DNA from: Escherichia coli
Lineage (GTDB): Bacteria; Pseudomonadota; Gammaproteobacteria; Enterobacterales; Enterobacteriaceae
Direction: 5' to 3' (one strand)
Assembly: GCF_050320075.1 (NCBI RefSeq)
Contig: NZ_CP190018.1
Length of the DNA: 64,000 nucleotides
In this document: piece by piece, positions 10,173 through 19,525 of the stretch
Layout of the letters: each line of letters starts with the position of its first letter
Position numbering within the stretch: the stretch's first letter is position 1
Made by a program: the position numbers and the translations under genes
Notes under the pieces: model-generated
What the model saw: the letters and a program-made list of their open reading frames with translations, nothing else
Database searches by the model: none
What the model was told of the DNA's origin: nothing

Positions 10173-11210
10173 ATGGTCATCAACTGCGCCTTTATTGGCT
10201 TCGGCAAAAGCACCACCCGTTACCATCTGCCGTATGTACTTAACCGCAAGGATAGCTGGCATGTCGCGCATATTTTTCGCCGCCATGCGAAGCCGGAAGA
10301 ACAGGCCCCCATTTACTCTCATATCCATTTCACCAGCGATCTCGACGAAGTACTAAACGATCCCGATGTTAAGCTGGTTGTGGTCTGCACCCATGCAGAC
10401 AGCCACTTCGAGTACGCGAAGCGCGCGCTGGAAGCCGGGAAAAATGTGCTGGTCGAAAAACCGTTCACCCCGACGCTTGCCCAGGCGAAGGAGCTGTTTG
10501 CGCTGGCGAAAAGCAAAGGACTGACCGTCACGCCGTATCAGAATCGTCGTTTTGATTCCTGCTTCCTGACAGCGAAAAAAGCGATTGAAAGTGGCAAGTT
10601 GGGAGAGATTGTCGAAGTGGAAAGCCATTTTGACTATTACCGCCCGGTGGCAGAAACCAAACCTGGGCTGCCGCAGGATGGCGCGTTCTATGGTCTTGGT
10701 GTGCATACGATGGACCAGATTATTTCTCTGTTCGGTCGCCCGGATCACGTCGCTTATGACATCCGCAGCCTGCGTAATAAAGCCAATCCTGACGACACCT
10801 TTGAAGCGCAGCTGTTTTATGGCGACCTGAAAGCCATCGTCAAAACCAGCCATCTGGTGAAAATCGATTATCCGAAATTTATCGTTCACGGTAAGAAAGG
10901 TTCGTTTATTAAATACGGTATCGACCAGCAGGAAACCAGCCTCAAGGCTAATATTATGCCGGGCGAACCGGGATTCGCAGCGGATGATTCGGTCGGTGTG
11001 CTGGAGTATGTCAATGACGAGGGTGTGACGGTCAGAGAAGAGATGAAGCCGGAGATGGGCGATTACGGGCGCGTTTATGATGCGTTGTATCAAACCATCA
11101 CCAACGGTGCGCCAAATTACGTCAAGGAATCTGAAGTTCTTACCAATCTGGAAATCCTTGAACGAGGATTTGAGCAAGCCTCTCCCTCCACAGTGACTCT
11201 CGCGAAGTAA
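10173..11210 (+). CDS. yhhX: Gfo/Idh/MocA-family oxidoreductase
   Basis: 345 aa; N-terminal Rossmann motif AFIGFGKS; length matches YhhX. Confidence 0.9.
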   Translation: MVINCAFIGFGKSTTRYHLPYVLNRKDSWHVAHIFRRHAKPEEQAPIYSHIHFTSDLDEVLNDPDVKLVVVCTHADSHFEYAKRALEAGKNVLVEKPFTPTLAQAKELFALAKSKGLTVTPYQNRRFDSCFLTAKKAIESGKLGEIVEVESHFDYYRPVAETKPGLPQDGAFYGLGVHTMDQIISLFGRPDHVAYDIRSLRNKANPDDTFEAQLFYGDLKAIVKTSHLVKIDYPKFIVHGKKGSFIKYGIDQQETSLKANIMPGEPGFAADDSVGVLEYVNDEGVTVREEMKPEMGDYGRVYDALYQTITNGAPNYVKESEVLTNLEILERGFEQASPSTVTLAK

Positions 11211-11332
11211 GTTTGATGGCCCCTCGAATAGTTCAATTTTTTTGAACAGAGGGGTCAATTTTCACCCTCTATCATCCCAGGCGGATCGGGTCCACACTAA
11301 GCCCATCGAAATCATTCAGGGGGCGAATAAAA

Positions 11333-12028
11333 ATGATCTACTTACGCAAAGCAAATGAACGTGGTCATGCAAATCATGGCTGGCTGGACTCCTGGCATAC
11401 TTTCTCTTTTGCCAACTATTACGATCCGAACTTTATGGGCTTCTCCGCGCTGCGCGTGATTAACGACGACGTGATTGAAGCAGGGCAGGGCTTCGGCACT
11501 CACCCGCATAAAGATATGGAAATTTTGACCTACGTGCTGGAAGGTACTGTTGAGCATCAGGACAGCATGGGCAATAAAGAGCAGGTTCCGGCGGGTGAGT
11601 TCCAGATTATGAGTGCGGGTACGGGTATTCGTCACTCAGAGTACAACCCAAGCAGCACCGAGCGTCTGCATCTGTATCAAATCTGGATCATGCCTGAAGA
11701 AAACGGTATTACGCCGCGTTATGAACAGCGTCGCTTCGATGCCGTACAGGGCAAACAGCTGGTGCTCTCGCCGGATGCGCGTGATGGTTCGCTGAAAGTG
11801 TATCAGGATATGGAACTGTACCGCTGGGCGCTGGTAAAAGATGAGCAGTCGGTGCATCAGATTGCCGCTGAACGCCGCGTCTGGATTCAGGTGGTGAAAG
11901 GCAATGTCACCATTAACGGCGTGAAAGCCTCGACCAGCGATGGTCTGGCAATCTGGGATGAGCAGGCAATCTCCATTCATGCGGATAGCGACAGCGAAGT
12001 GTTACTGTTCGATCTGCCGCCGGTTTAA
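11333..12028 (+). CDS. yhhW: pirin-like quercetin 2,3-dioxygenase
   Basis: 231 aa; cupin metal-binding motif GFGTHPHKDMEILTYVLEG; length matches YhhW. Confidence 0.9.
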   Translation: MIYLRKANERGHANHGWLDSWHTFSFANYYDPNFMGFSALRVINDDVIEAGQGFGTHPHKDMEILTYVLEGTVEHQDSMGNKEQVPAGEFQIMSAGTGIRHSEYNPSSTERLHLYQIWIMPEENGITPRYEQRRFDAVQGKQLVLSPDARDGSLKVYQDMELYRWALVKDEQSVHQIAAERRVWIQVVKGNVTINGVKASTSDGLAIWDEQAISIHADSDSEVLLFDLPPV

Positions 12029-12251
12029 AACTCAACGGCATCTTTGAAGCCTGCCTTTTTGCAGGCTTCCTCACTCGCTCCGGTCGCGTGCTGATGTACG
12101 CTTCCGGGGTTTTGCCGCGTCGTTAGCACAATGCGATGCAATTGATTTAGTGTATATCTAATAATTGTAAACAAGCACTGTTTTCCCCGGGAAGGTTCTG
12201 ATGCGTCCGTGTTAAACTAAGAGAATCTATCTCTTTTGTACCTTCAGGACG

Positions 12252-13247
12252 ATGAAAAAGAAAAGACCCGTACTTCAGGATGTGGCTGACCGTGTAGGCG
12301 TGACCAAAATGACGGTCAGCCGTTTTTTACGCAACCCGGAGCAGGTTTCCGTCGCTCTACGCGGCAAGATTGCCGCCGCTCTTGATGAACTGGGTTATAT
12401 TCCCAATCGCGCGCCCGATATCCTCTCTAATGCCACCAGCCGGGCGATTGGCGTCCTGTTACCTTCTCTCACCAACCAGGTTTTCGCGGAAGTATTACGC
12501 GGAATCGAAAGCGTCACCGACGCGCACGGTTATCAAACTATGCTGGCGCACTACGGTTATAAACCGGAAATGGAGCAAGAACGCCTCGAATCAATGCTCT
12601 CATGGAATATCGATGGACTGATCCTCACCGAACGTACCCACACGCCACGCACCTTAAAGATGATTGAAGTGGCGGGGATTCCGGTGGTGGAGTTGATGGA
12701 CAGCAAGTCGCCGTGCCTCGATATTGCCGTCGGTTTTGATAACTTTGAAGCGGCACGCCAGATGACCACCGCCATTATTGCTCGCGGGCATCGCCACATT
12801 GCCTATCTCGGCGCACGTCTCGACGAACGTACTATCATCAAACAGAAGGGATACGAACAGGCGATGCTGGATGCAGGCCTGGTGCCGTATAGCGTGATGG
12901 TTGAGCAATCTTCTTCTTACTCTTCCGGTATTGAACTGATTCGCCAGGCGAGGCGGGAATATCCGCAGCTGGATGGCGTGTTCTGTACTAATGATGACCT
13001 GGCGGTCGGCGCGGCGTTTGAATGCCAGCGTCTGGGGTTGAAAGTTCCTGACGATATGGCGATTGCCGGTTTCCATGGTCATGACATTGGTCAGGTGATG
13101 GAACCACGGTTGGCGAGCGTACTGACGCCGCGTGAGCGGATGGGCAGTATTGGCGCTGAACGCCTGCTGGCGCGTATTCGTGGCGAATCTGTGACACCGA
13201 AAATGTTAGATTTAGGTTTCACCTTGTCACCGGGCGGATCTATTTAA
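12252..13247 (+). CDS. gntR: gluconate operon repressor, LacI family
   Basis: 331 aa; N-terminal HTH LQDVADRVGVTKMTVSRFL; followed by gntK and gntU. Confidence 0.95.
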   Translation: MKKKRPVLQDVADRVGVTKMTVSRFLRNPEQVSVALRGKIAAALDELGYIPNRAPDILSNATSRAIGVLLPSLTNQVFAEVLRGIESVTDAHGYQTMLAHYGYKPEMEQERLESMLSWNIDGLILTERTHTPRTLKMIEVAGIPVVELMDSKSPCLDIAVGFDNFEAARQMTTAIIARGHRHIAYLGARLDERTIIKQKGYEQAMLDAGLVPYSVMVEQSSSYSSGIELIRQARREYPQLDGVFCTNDDLAVGAAFECQRLGLKVPDDMAIAGFHGHDIGQVMEPRLASVLTPRERMGSIGAERLLARIRGESVTPKMLDLGFTLSPGGSI

Positions 13248-13325
13248 GCCCACAAATTTGAAGTAGCTCACACTTATACACTTAAGGCACGGATGGATAT
13301 TGCTTCTGATATTGTCCGGCCGGAC

Positions 13326-13356
13326 AATGTTACCGATAACAGTTACCCGTAACATT
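13326..13356 (+). promoter_or_regulatory. tandem GntR operators in the gntK promoter
   Basis: aatgttaccgataacagttacccgtaacat contains two overlapping palindromes of the ATGTTACCxxTAACAT type about 30 bp upstream of the gntK start. Confidence 0.6.
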
Positions 13357-13385
13357 TTTATTTCTTGTATTGTGGGGGCACCACT

Positions 13386-13913
13386 TTGAGCACGACTAAC
13401 CATGATCACCACATTTACGTCTTGATGGGCGTATCGGGCAGCGGCAAATCTGCGGTCGCCAGTGAAGTGGCGCATCAACTTCATGCCGCGTTTCTTGATG
13501 GCGATTTCCTCCATCCAAGGCGCAATATCGAAAAAATGGCGTCTGGTGAACCGCTGAATGACGACGATCGCAAACCGTGGTTGCAGGCGCTGAACGACGC
13601 CGCGTTTGCTATGCAGCGCACCAATAAAGTGTCGCTGATCGTCTGTTCTGCACTGAAAAAACACTATCGCGACTTGCTGCGTGAAGGTAATCCGAATCTC
13701 TCGTTCATCTACCTGAAAGGCGATTTTGATGTGATTGAAAGCCGCCTGAAAGCGCGCAAAGGCCATTTCTTTAAAACCCAAATGTTGGTGACGCAGTTTG
13801 AAACGCTGCAGGAGCCGGGTGCGGACGAAACCGATGTACTGGTGGTGGATATCGATCAACCGCTGGAAGGTGTTGTGGCAAGCACCATTGAGGTTATTAA
13901 AAAAGGCAAATAA
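13386..13913 (+). CDS. gntK: gluconokinase
   Basis: 175 aa from TTG 13386 (STTNHDHHIYVLMGVSGSGKSAVA); P-loop GVSGSGKS. Confidence 0.92.
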   Translation: MSTTNHDHHIYVLMGVSGSGKSAVASEVAHQLHAAFLDGDFLHPRRNIEKMASGEPLNDDDRKPWLQALNDAAFAMQRTNKVSLIVCSALKKHYRDLLREGNPNLSFIYLKGDFDVIESRLKARKGHFFKTQMLVTQFETLQEPGADETDVLVVDIDQPLEGVVASTIEVIKKGK

Positions 13914-13916
13914 GTA

Positions 13917-15257
13917 GTGACTACATTAACGCTTGTTTTAACAGCAGTAGGGTCTGTTTTACTGCTGCTGTTTTTAGTCATGAAGGCGCGTATGCACGCT
14001 TTCCTGGCTTTGATGGTGGTGTCCATGGGGGCTGGCCTTTTTTCCGGTATGCCGCTCGATAAAATCGCAGCGACGATGGAAAAAGGGATGGGAGGCACCC
14101 TCGGCTTCCTGGCGGTGGTTGTCGCCCTGGGAGCTATGTTTGGCAAGATCTTACATGAAACCGGCGCAGTCGATCAGATTGCCGTCAAAATGCTCAAATC
14201 CTTCGGTCACAGCCGCGCGCATTATGCCATCGGCCTTGCGGGGCTGGTCTGTGCGCTACCGCTGTTCTTTGAAGTGGCGATTGTTCTGCTGATTAGCGTT
14301 GCTTTCTCAATGGCGCGCCACACCGGTACGAACCTGGTGAAGCTGGTAATCCCATTATTCGCAGGCGTGGCGGCCGCGGCTGCGTTCCTGGTGCCTGGAC
14401 CAGCGCCAATGCTGCTGGCATCGCAGATGAATGCCGACTTTGGCTGGATGATCCTGATTGGCCTGTGTGCGGCAATTCCGGGAATGATTATTGCCGGGCC
14501 GCTGTGGGGTAATTTCATCAGCCGCTACGTGGAGCTGCATATTCCTGACGACATCAGCGAACCACATCTCGGCGAAGGCAAAATGCCATCTTTCGGATTC
14601 AGCCTGTCGCTGATCCTGTTGCCGCTGGTGCTGGTAGGGCTGAAAACCATTGCCGCGCGTTTTGTGCCAGAAGGCTCTACCGCTTACGAATGGTTCGAGT
14701 TTATTGGTCATCCGTTTACCGCGATTCTGGTTGCTTGTCTGGTGGCGATTTATGGCCTGGCAATGCGTCAGGGCATGCCAAAAGACAAAGTGATGGAGAT
14801 TTGCGGTCACGCGCTGCAACCGGCGGGGATCATTCTGCTGGTGATTGGTGCAGGCGGCGTGTTCAAACAGGTGCTGGTTGACTCTGGCGTAGGTCCGGCA
14901 CTGGGCGAAGCGTTAACCGGCATGGGCCTGCCGATTGCCATCACCTGCTTCGTGCTGGCAGCTGCAGTGCGCATCATTCAGGGTTCTGCCACCGTTGCCT
15001 GTTTAACGGCGGTGGGACTGGTGATGCCGGTTATTGAACAACTGAACTACTCCGGTGCGCAAATGGCGGCGCTGTCGATTTGTATCGCCGGTGGTTCGAT
15101 TGTTGTCAGCCACGTTAACGACGCCGGTTTCTGGTTGTTCGGTAAATTTACCGGCGCGACCGAAGCCGAAACGCTGAAAACCTGGACCATGATGGAAACC
15201 ATACTCGGCACTGTTGGTGCCATCGTTGGGATGATTGCGTTCCAGCTGTTGAGTTAA
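13917..15257 (+). CDS. gntU: low-affinity gluconate:H+ symporter
   Basis: 446 aa from GTG 13917 (MTTLTLVLTAVGSVLLLLF...); GntP-family membrane protein; intact in this sequence. Confidence 0.92.
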   Translation: MTTLTLVLTAVGSVLLLLFLVMKARMHAFLALMVVSMGAGLFSGMPLDKIAATMEKGMGGTLGFLAVVVALGAMFGKILHETGAVDQIAVKMLKSFGHSRAHYAIGLAGLVCALPLFFEVAIVLLISVAFSMARHTGTNLVKLVIPLFAGVAAAAAFLVPGPAPMLLASQMNADFGWMILIGLCAAIPGMIIAGPLWGNFISRYVELHIPDDISEPHLGEGKMPSFGFSLSLILLPLVLVGLKTIAARFVPEGSTAYEWFEFIGHPFTAILVACLVAIYGLAMRQGMPKDKVMEICGHALQPAGIILLVIGAGGVFKQVLVDSGVGPALGEALTGMGLPIAITCFVLAAAVRIIQGSATVACLTAVGLVMPVIEQLNYSGAQMAALSICIAGGSIVVSHVNDAGFWLFGKFTGATEAETLKTWTMMETILGTVGAIVGMIAFQLLS

Positions 15258-15268
15258 TTACTGCGACA

Positions 15269-15296
15269 AATTACTGCGAGCTTGCTCGCAGTAATT
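15269..15296. promoter_or_regulatory. perfect 13-bp-arm palindrome at the gntU / insertion junction (terminator or operator)
   Basis: aattactgcgagc-tt-gctcgcagtaatt starts 12 nt after the gntU stop; preceded by a direct half-repeat ttactgcgac. Confidence 0.4.
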
Positions 15297-15396
15297 CATT
15301 TCTCTTATCTCCTCTCTTCATCTTTTTGATCTCTCTCGCAAATTTACCTGCTAATAATCCGTTCTAATCACTGCCTAAAGATCGCAGGAGATAAAG

Positions 15397-17493
15397 ATGG
15401 AAAAGCACGGAGCTGAATTGCTTTTACAGCGGATGTTAGGAAATACCACCGCTACTTTCAGGGAAGGGCAATGGGAAGCCATAGATGCAGTGGTTAATCA
15501 GCGGCGAAAACTGCTGGTTGTACAGCGCACCGGCTGGGGGAAAAGTGCCGTGTACTTCATCGCCAGTAAAATCTTCCGCGATCGCGGCGCTGGCCCGACA
15601 ATTATCATCTCTCCTTTGCTTGCCCTGATGCGTAACCAGGTTGCCGCCGCTGAACGGTTAGGTATTACGGCTGAAACGTTGAATTCTACAAACAGGGAAG
15701 AATGGCAGCGCATTAGCGATAAGTTGCTGCAAGGTGAGGTCGATTGCTTGCTGGTTTCCCCGGAACGTTTGGCAAACCAGGACTTTATCGAAACGGTTTT
15801 ATATCCTATAGCCGATCGTATTGGCTTGCTTGTGGTCGACGAGGCGCACTGCATCTCTGATTGGGGCCACGATTTTCGCCCGGATTACCGACGTATATTA
15901 GATATTTTGCGCCAACTGCCTGCGAATACCCCTGTTCTGGGTACAACCGCGACAGCGAATAACCGTGTTGTTGAGGATATCCGTCAGCAATTGGGTGACA
16001 TTGTGATTCAGCGTGGAACGCTGGCTCGCGAAAGTTTGGCGCTTGATGCCTTAGTCTTAGGAGAACAGTCATCCCGTCTGGCATGGTTAGCAACGGTTAT
16101 CCCTCAGTTTTCCAAATCGGGAATTGTTTATACCCTGACGACTCGCGATGCTGAACTTGTCGCCGAGTGGTTAAGGAAAAATGGTATCAGTGCATTTGCT
16201 TACTACAGCGGCGTGACTTGTGAAGGCGCGGAAGATTCTAATACTGCCAGGGAATATCTGGAGCAGGCACTGCTGGCAAATAAAATCAAAGTGCTGGTCG
16301 CGACGACGGCATTAGGTATGGGGTTTGATAAACCTGATTTAGGTTTCGTCATTCATTATCAGATGCCGGGGTCTATTGTCGGTTACTACCAACAGGTGGG
16401 GCGTGCCGGGCGTGCTATAGATTCCGCAGTTGGCATATTGCTTTGTGGTGGTGAAGACCGCGCTATTCATCAATTCTTCCGTGAAAGCGCCTTTCCTGCG
16501 GAGGCGCAAATTCATGAAATACTCAACGTACTTAGCGAGAATGACGGTCTTACCCTACGAGGCATTGAACAACGGACGAATCTTCGTTATGGGCAAATAG
16601 AAAAAGCACTGAAATTATTGGTAGCGGAAAATCCATCGCCTGTGGTGTATACCGAGAAATTATGGCGCAGAACTATCGTCAGTTTTTCTCCTGATCATGA
16701 ACGAATTAACCATTTGATGAATCAGAGAAAAAGTGAACTGGCAGACGTTGAAAGCTATATCACGACCAAGGAGTGCAAAATGCAATTTCTGCGCCGTGCA
16801 CTCGATGAGCCAAGTGCCGAACGTTGTGGTAAATGTAGCAGTTGTCTTCAGCATCCGTTATTGTCGCCCGACATTGATAGCGGCTTACTCCATGCGGCAA
16901 ATTTATTTATTAAACACGCTGACCTGCCGTTAAATCTCAATAAACAGGTGGCAGCTGGGGCTTTTACGCAATACGGATTTAAAGGGAACTTGCCTGCGGG
17001 TTTACAAGGATCTACGGGGCGAATCCTTTCTCGTTGGGGAGATTCCGGGTGGGGAAAGCAGGTAGCACAGGAGAAAAAAACGGGGCGCTTAAGTGATGAG
17101 CTGGTAGAAGCATGTGCGGAAATGGTTCGCCAACGCTGGAATCCGCATCCTGAACCAACCTGGGTATGCTGCGTTCCTTCATTAAGGCACCTCGACCTGG
17201 TTCCTGATTTTGCCCGGCGACTGGCGGCGAAACTTGGCTTACCTTTTATTGATGCCATTGAAAAAGTCGTGGACAATCCACCGCAGAAAATGCAGCAAAA
17301 CCGTTTTCACCAGTGTCAAAATCTCGACGGGGCGTTTGTGATTACCCCTCCTTTGATGCCAGGTCCGGCGTTGCTGGTTGACGATATCGTGGATTCTGCA
17401 TGGACGCTGACAGTTCTGACAGCACTGTTACGCCAGGCAGGTTGCCCGACGGTTTATCCTCTTGCCCTTGCTTCTACCTCGGTAAAAAATTGA
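15397..17493 (+). CDS. RecQ-family DEAH helicase with C-terminal CxxC and phosphoribosyltransferase-like domain (PsyrT/RqlH-like candidate toxin or effector)
   Basis: 698 aa; Walker A QRTGWGKSAV, DEAH box VVDEAHCISDWGHDFRPDYRR, helicase-C motif YQQVGRAGR, then CGKCSSC and a PRTase-type nucleotide loop LLVDDIVDSAWT near the C-terminus; SD gcaggag upstream of the ATG. Confidence 0.85.
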   Translation: MEKHGAELLLQRMLGNTTATFREGQWEAIDAVVNQRRKLLVVQRTGWGKSAVYFIASKIFRDRGAGPTIIISPLLALMRNQVAAAERLGITAETLNSTNREEWQRISDKLLQGEVDCLLVSPERLANQDFIETVLYPIADRIGLLVVDEAHCISDWGHDFRPDYRRILDILRQLPANTPVLGTTATANNRVVEDIRQQLGDIVIQRGTLARESLALDALVLGEQSSRLAWLATVIPQFSKSGIVYTLTTRDAELVAEWLRKNGISAFAYYSGVTCEGAEDSNTAREYLEQALLANKIKVLVATTALGMGFDKPDLGFVIHYQMPGSIVGYYQQVGRAGRAIDSAVGILLCGGEDRAIHQFFRESAFPAEAQIHEILNVLSENDGLTLRGIEQRTNLRYGQIEKALKLLVAENPSPVVYTEKLWRRTIVSFSPDHERINHLMNQRKSELADVESYITTKECKMQFLRRALDEPSAERCGKCSSCLQHPLLSPDIDSGLLHAANLFIKHADLPLNLNKQVAAGAFTQYGFKGNLPAGLQGSTGRILSRWGDSGWGKQVAQEKKTGRLSDELVEACAEMVRQRWNPHPEPTWVCCVPSLRHLDLVPDFARRLAAKLGLPFIDAIEKVVDNPPQKMQQNRFHQCQNLDGAFVITPPLMPGPALLVDDIVDSAWTLTVLTALLRQAGCPTVYPLALASTSVKN

Positions 17494-18695
17494 TGAATCT
17501 TTCAGCCAATGCACAAGCGACTCTCCTGCTAACCAGCGATTTTTCTCGCGCGGCGGCGAGTGAGTATAAACCTCTTAGTAATAGTGAATGGGGGAAGTTT
17601 GCATTATGGCTGAAGCACCAACGTATCAGTCCCGCCGATCTTCTGGTGCCGCAACCGCAAGAGAAACTTACAGGCTGGAGCGATCCGCGTATTTCTCAGG
17701 AGCGTATTCTTGGCTTGCTGGCGCGTGGTCATAGTCTGGCGTTGGCGGTAGATAAGTGGCAACGCGCCGGTTTATGGATCTTAACCCGCGGAGATGCCGA
17801 TTATCCCGTTCGCTTGAAAAACCGATTGCGAACGGATGCACCTCCCGTTTTATTTGGCTGCGGGAATAAAGCATTACTGCAAGCGGAAGGTATGGCGATT
17901 GTTGGCTCGCGAGATGCTCCGACTGCCGATTTGCGCTATACCCAACAACTGGCAGCGAAACTGGCCCAACAGGGGATTTGCGTTATCTCTGGTGGTGCGC
18001 GAGGTATTGATGAATGTGCAATAGCGTCGGCGCTGGAGGCCGGAGGAACTGCCGTTGGCGTATTAGCTGATAGCTTGTTAAAAACGAGCACGTTAGTGAA
18101 ATGGCGTGAAGGGCTTATAGCAGGCAACCTGGTGTTGATTTCACCGTTTTACCCAGAGGTACGTTTCACCGTCGGCAATGCGATGGCGCGGAATAAATAT
18201 ATTTATTGCCTTGCTGAAAGCGCAATGGTTGTACGTGCGGGAATGACCGGTGGAACGATAACCGGAGCGATGGAGGCGTTAAAACATCAGTGGCTGCCTG
18301 TTCTGGTTAAACCAAATCAGGATGTGCAATCAGCCAATTCACGATTAGTAGAAAATGGGGCGTCATGGAGTGCTGAACAGGCTGAGAATGTGACGATCAG
18401 ACTGCCAGACGTTCCTGGGCTGATGTATGACAGAGCACTCCGTAACGCTCAACCAGAATTGTTTTCGCTGCACGAAGATGACGCAAATTACGCAGTGATG
18501 CCCTCGCATACCCCTGTCGATTTTTATCAACTTTTTGTGGCGGAACTGGCGATCCTTGCAAAGGAATCGATAAGTATTGAAAGGCTGGCGTCTTGTACTG
18601 GTTTAACCATCGAACAAATTAGTATGTGGCTGAACCGCGCAGAAGAAGAGGGAAGGGTTATCCGATTGGGCGAAGGTCATTATCAGTTCAGGTAA
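17493..18695 (+). CDS. DprA/Smf-like Rossmann-fold protein (PsyrA/RqlI-like candidate antitoxin or partner)
   Basis: 400 aa from ATG 17493 (MNLSANAQATLLL...); DprA signature VISGGARGIDECAIASALEAGGTAVGVLADSL and NAMARNKYIYCLAESAMVV; the ATG overlaps the helicase TGA by one nt. Confidence 0.8.
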   Translation: MNLSANAQATLLLTSDFSRAAASEYKPLSNSEWGKFALWLKHQRISPADLLVPQPQEKLTGWSDPRISQERILGLLARGHSLALAVDKWQRAGLWILTRGDADYPVRLKNRLRTDAPPVLFGCGNKALLQAEGMAIVGSRDAPTADLRYTQQLAAKLAQQGICVISGGARGIDECAIASALEAGGTAVGVLADSLLKTSTLVKWREGLIAGNLVLISPFYPEVRFTVGNAMARNKYIYCLAESAMVVRAGMTGGTITGAMEALKHQWLPVLVKPNQDVQSANSRLVENGASWSAEQAENVTIRLPDVPGLMYDRALRNAQPELFSLHEDDANYAVMPSHTPVDFYQLFVAELAILAKESISIERLASCTGLTIEQISMWLNRAEEEGRVIRLGEGHYQFR

Positions 18696-18698
18696 TAA

Positions 18699-18734
18699 AA
18701 CAGGTGCCGCCTCTGGTTGTGTGCAGCACCTGTT
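18699..18734. terminator. bidirectional hairpin between the DprA-like gene and convergent yhgN
   Basis: aacaggtgc ...18-nt loop... gcacctgtt, flanked by A-run and T-run, placed between the two convergent stop codons. Confidence 0.45.
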
Positions 18735-18740
18735 TGAACC

Positions 18741-19334
18741 TTACCCCTTCATCCACATTCGAATGCCGTCGAGGAACATCTGGGTTGCCATCATCACCAG
18801 AATCAATCCCATCAGGCGTTCAAGTGCGTTCACCCCTTTCTCGCCCAGCAGACGTAAAAATAGCGAAGACTGTAGCAGGATGACAAAGGTGCCACCCCAG
18901 GCCAGCAGCAGAGCAATTACCAAATGTCCCATCTGATTCGGGTACTGATGAGACAACAACATCAGCGTGGCGAGAATAGTCGGCCCGGCGACTAACGGAA
19001 TTGCCAACGGCACGATAAACGGCTCTTCACCTGCCGGAAGCCCGCTGCTATTTCCTGAAGCACTGGGGAAAATCATCTTAATGGCGATCAGAAACAGAAT
19101 GATGCCGCCAGAAATGGAGACGGTTTCTGCCCGCAGGCTAAGAAATGCCAGAATTTTCTCACCCGCAAACAGGAACACCAGCATCACCAGGAGAGCAATA
19201 AGCAACTCTCGCACCATGATTGCCCGCCGTCTTTTCGGTTCAGTATGTTTCAGTACGGACATGAAAATAGGTAGGTTTCCGAGCGGATCCATAATCAGGA
19301 TCAATAAAACTGCTGCAGAAATGATTTCATTCAT
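18741..19334 (-). CDS. yhgN: MarC-family inner membrane protein
   Basis: 197 aa hydrophobic ORF MNEIISAAVLLILIMDPLGNLPIF...; length matches YhgN. Confidence 0.9.
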   Translation of the reverse strand: MNEIISAAVLLILIMDPLGNLPIFMSVLKHTEPKRRRAIMVRELLIALLVMLVFLFAGEKILAFLSLRAETVSISGGIILFLIAIKMIFPSASGNSSGLPAGEEPFIVPLAIPLVAGPTILATLMLLSHQYPNQMGHLVIALLLAWGGTFVILLQSSLFLRLLGEKGVNALERLMGLILVMMATQMFLDGIRMWMKG

Positions 19335-19525
19335 AACTCAAATTCCCTGATAATTGCCGCGGACTTTCTGCGTGCTAACAAAGCAGGATAAGTCGCATTA
19401 CTGATGGCTTCGCTATCATTGATTAATTTCACTTGCGACTTTGGCTGCTTTTTGTATGGTGAAAGATGTGCCAAGAGGAGACCGGCACATTTATACAGCA
19501 CACATCTTTGCAGGAAAAAACGCTT

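Noticed and set aside
10353-11258. 301-aa minus-strand ORF
   Set aside because: Entirely antisense to yhhX, whose product has a clear Gfo/Idh/MocA Rossmann motif; no start context or family features; treated as a shadow ORF.
15258-18740. Possibility that the helicase/DprA segment is a prophage remnant or integrative element
   Set aside because: No integrase, excisionase, tRNA target, phage structural genes or flanking direct repeats were seen; only the two coupled genes are present.
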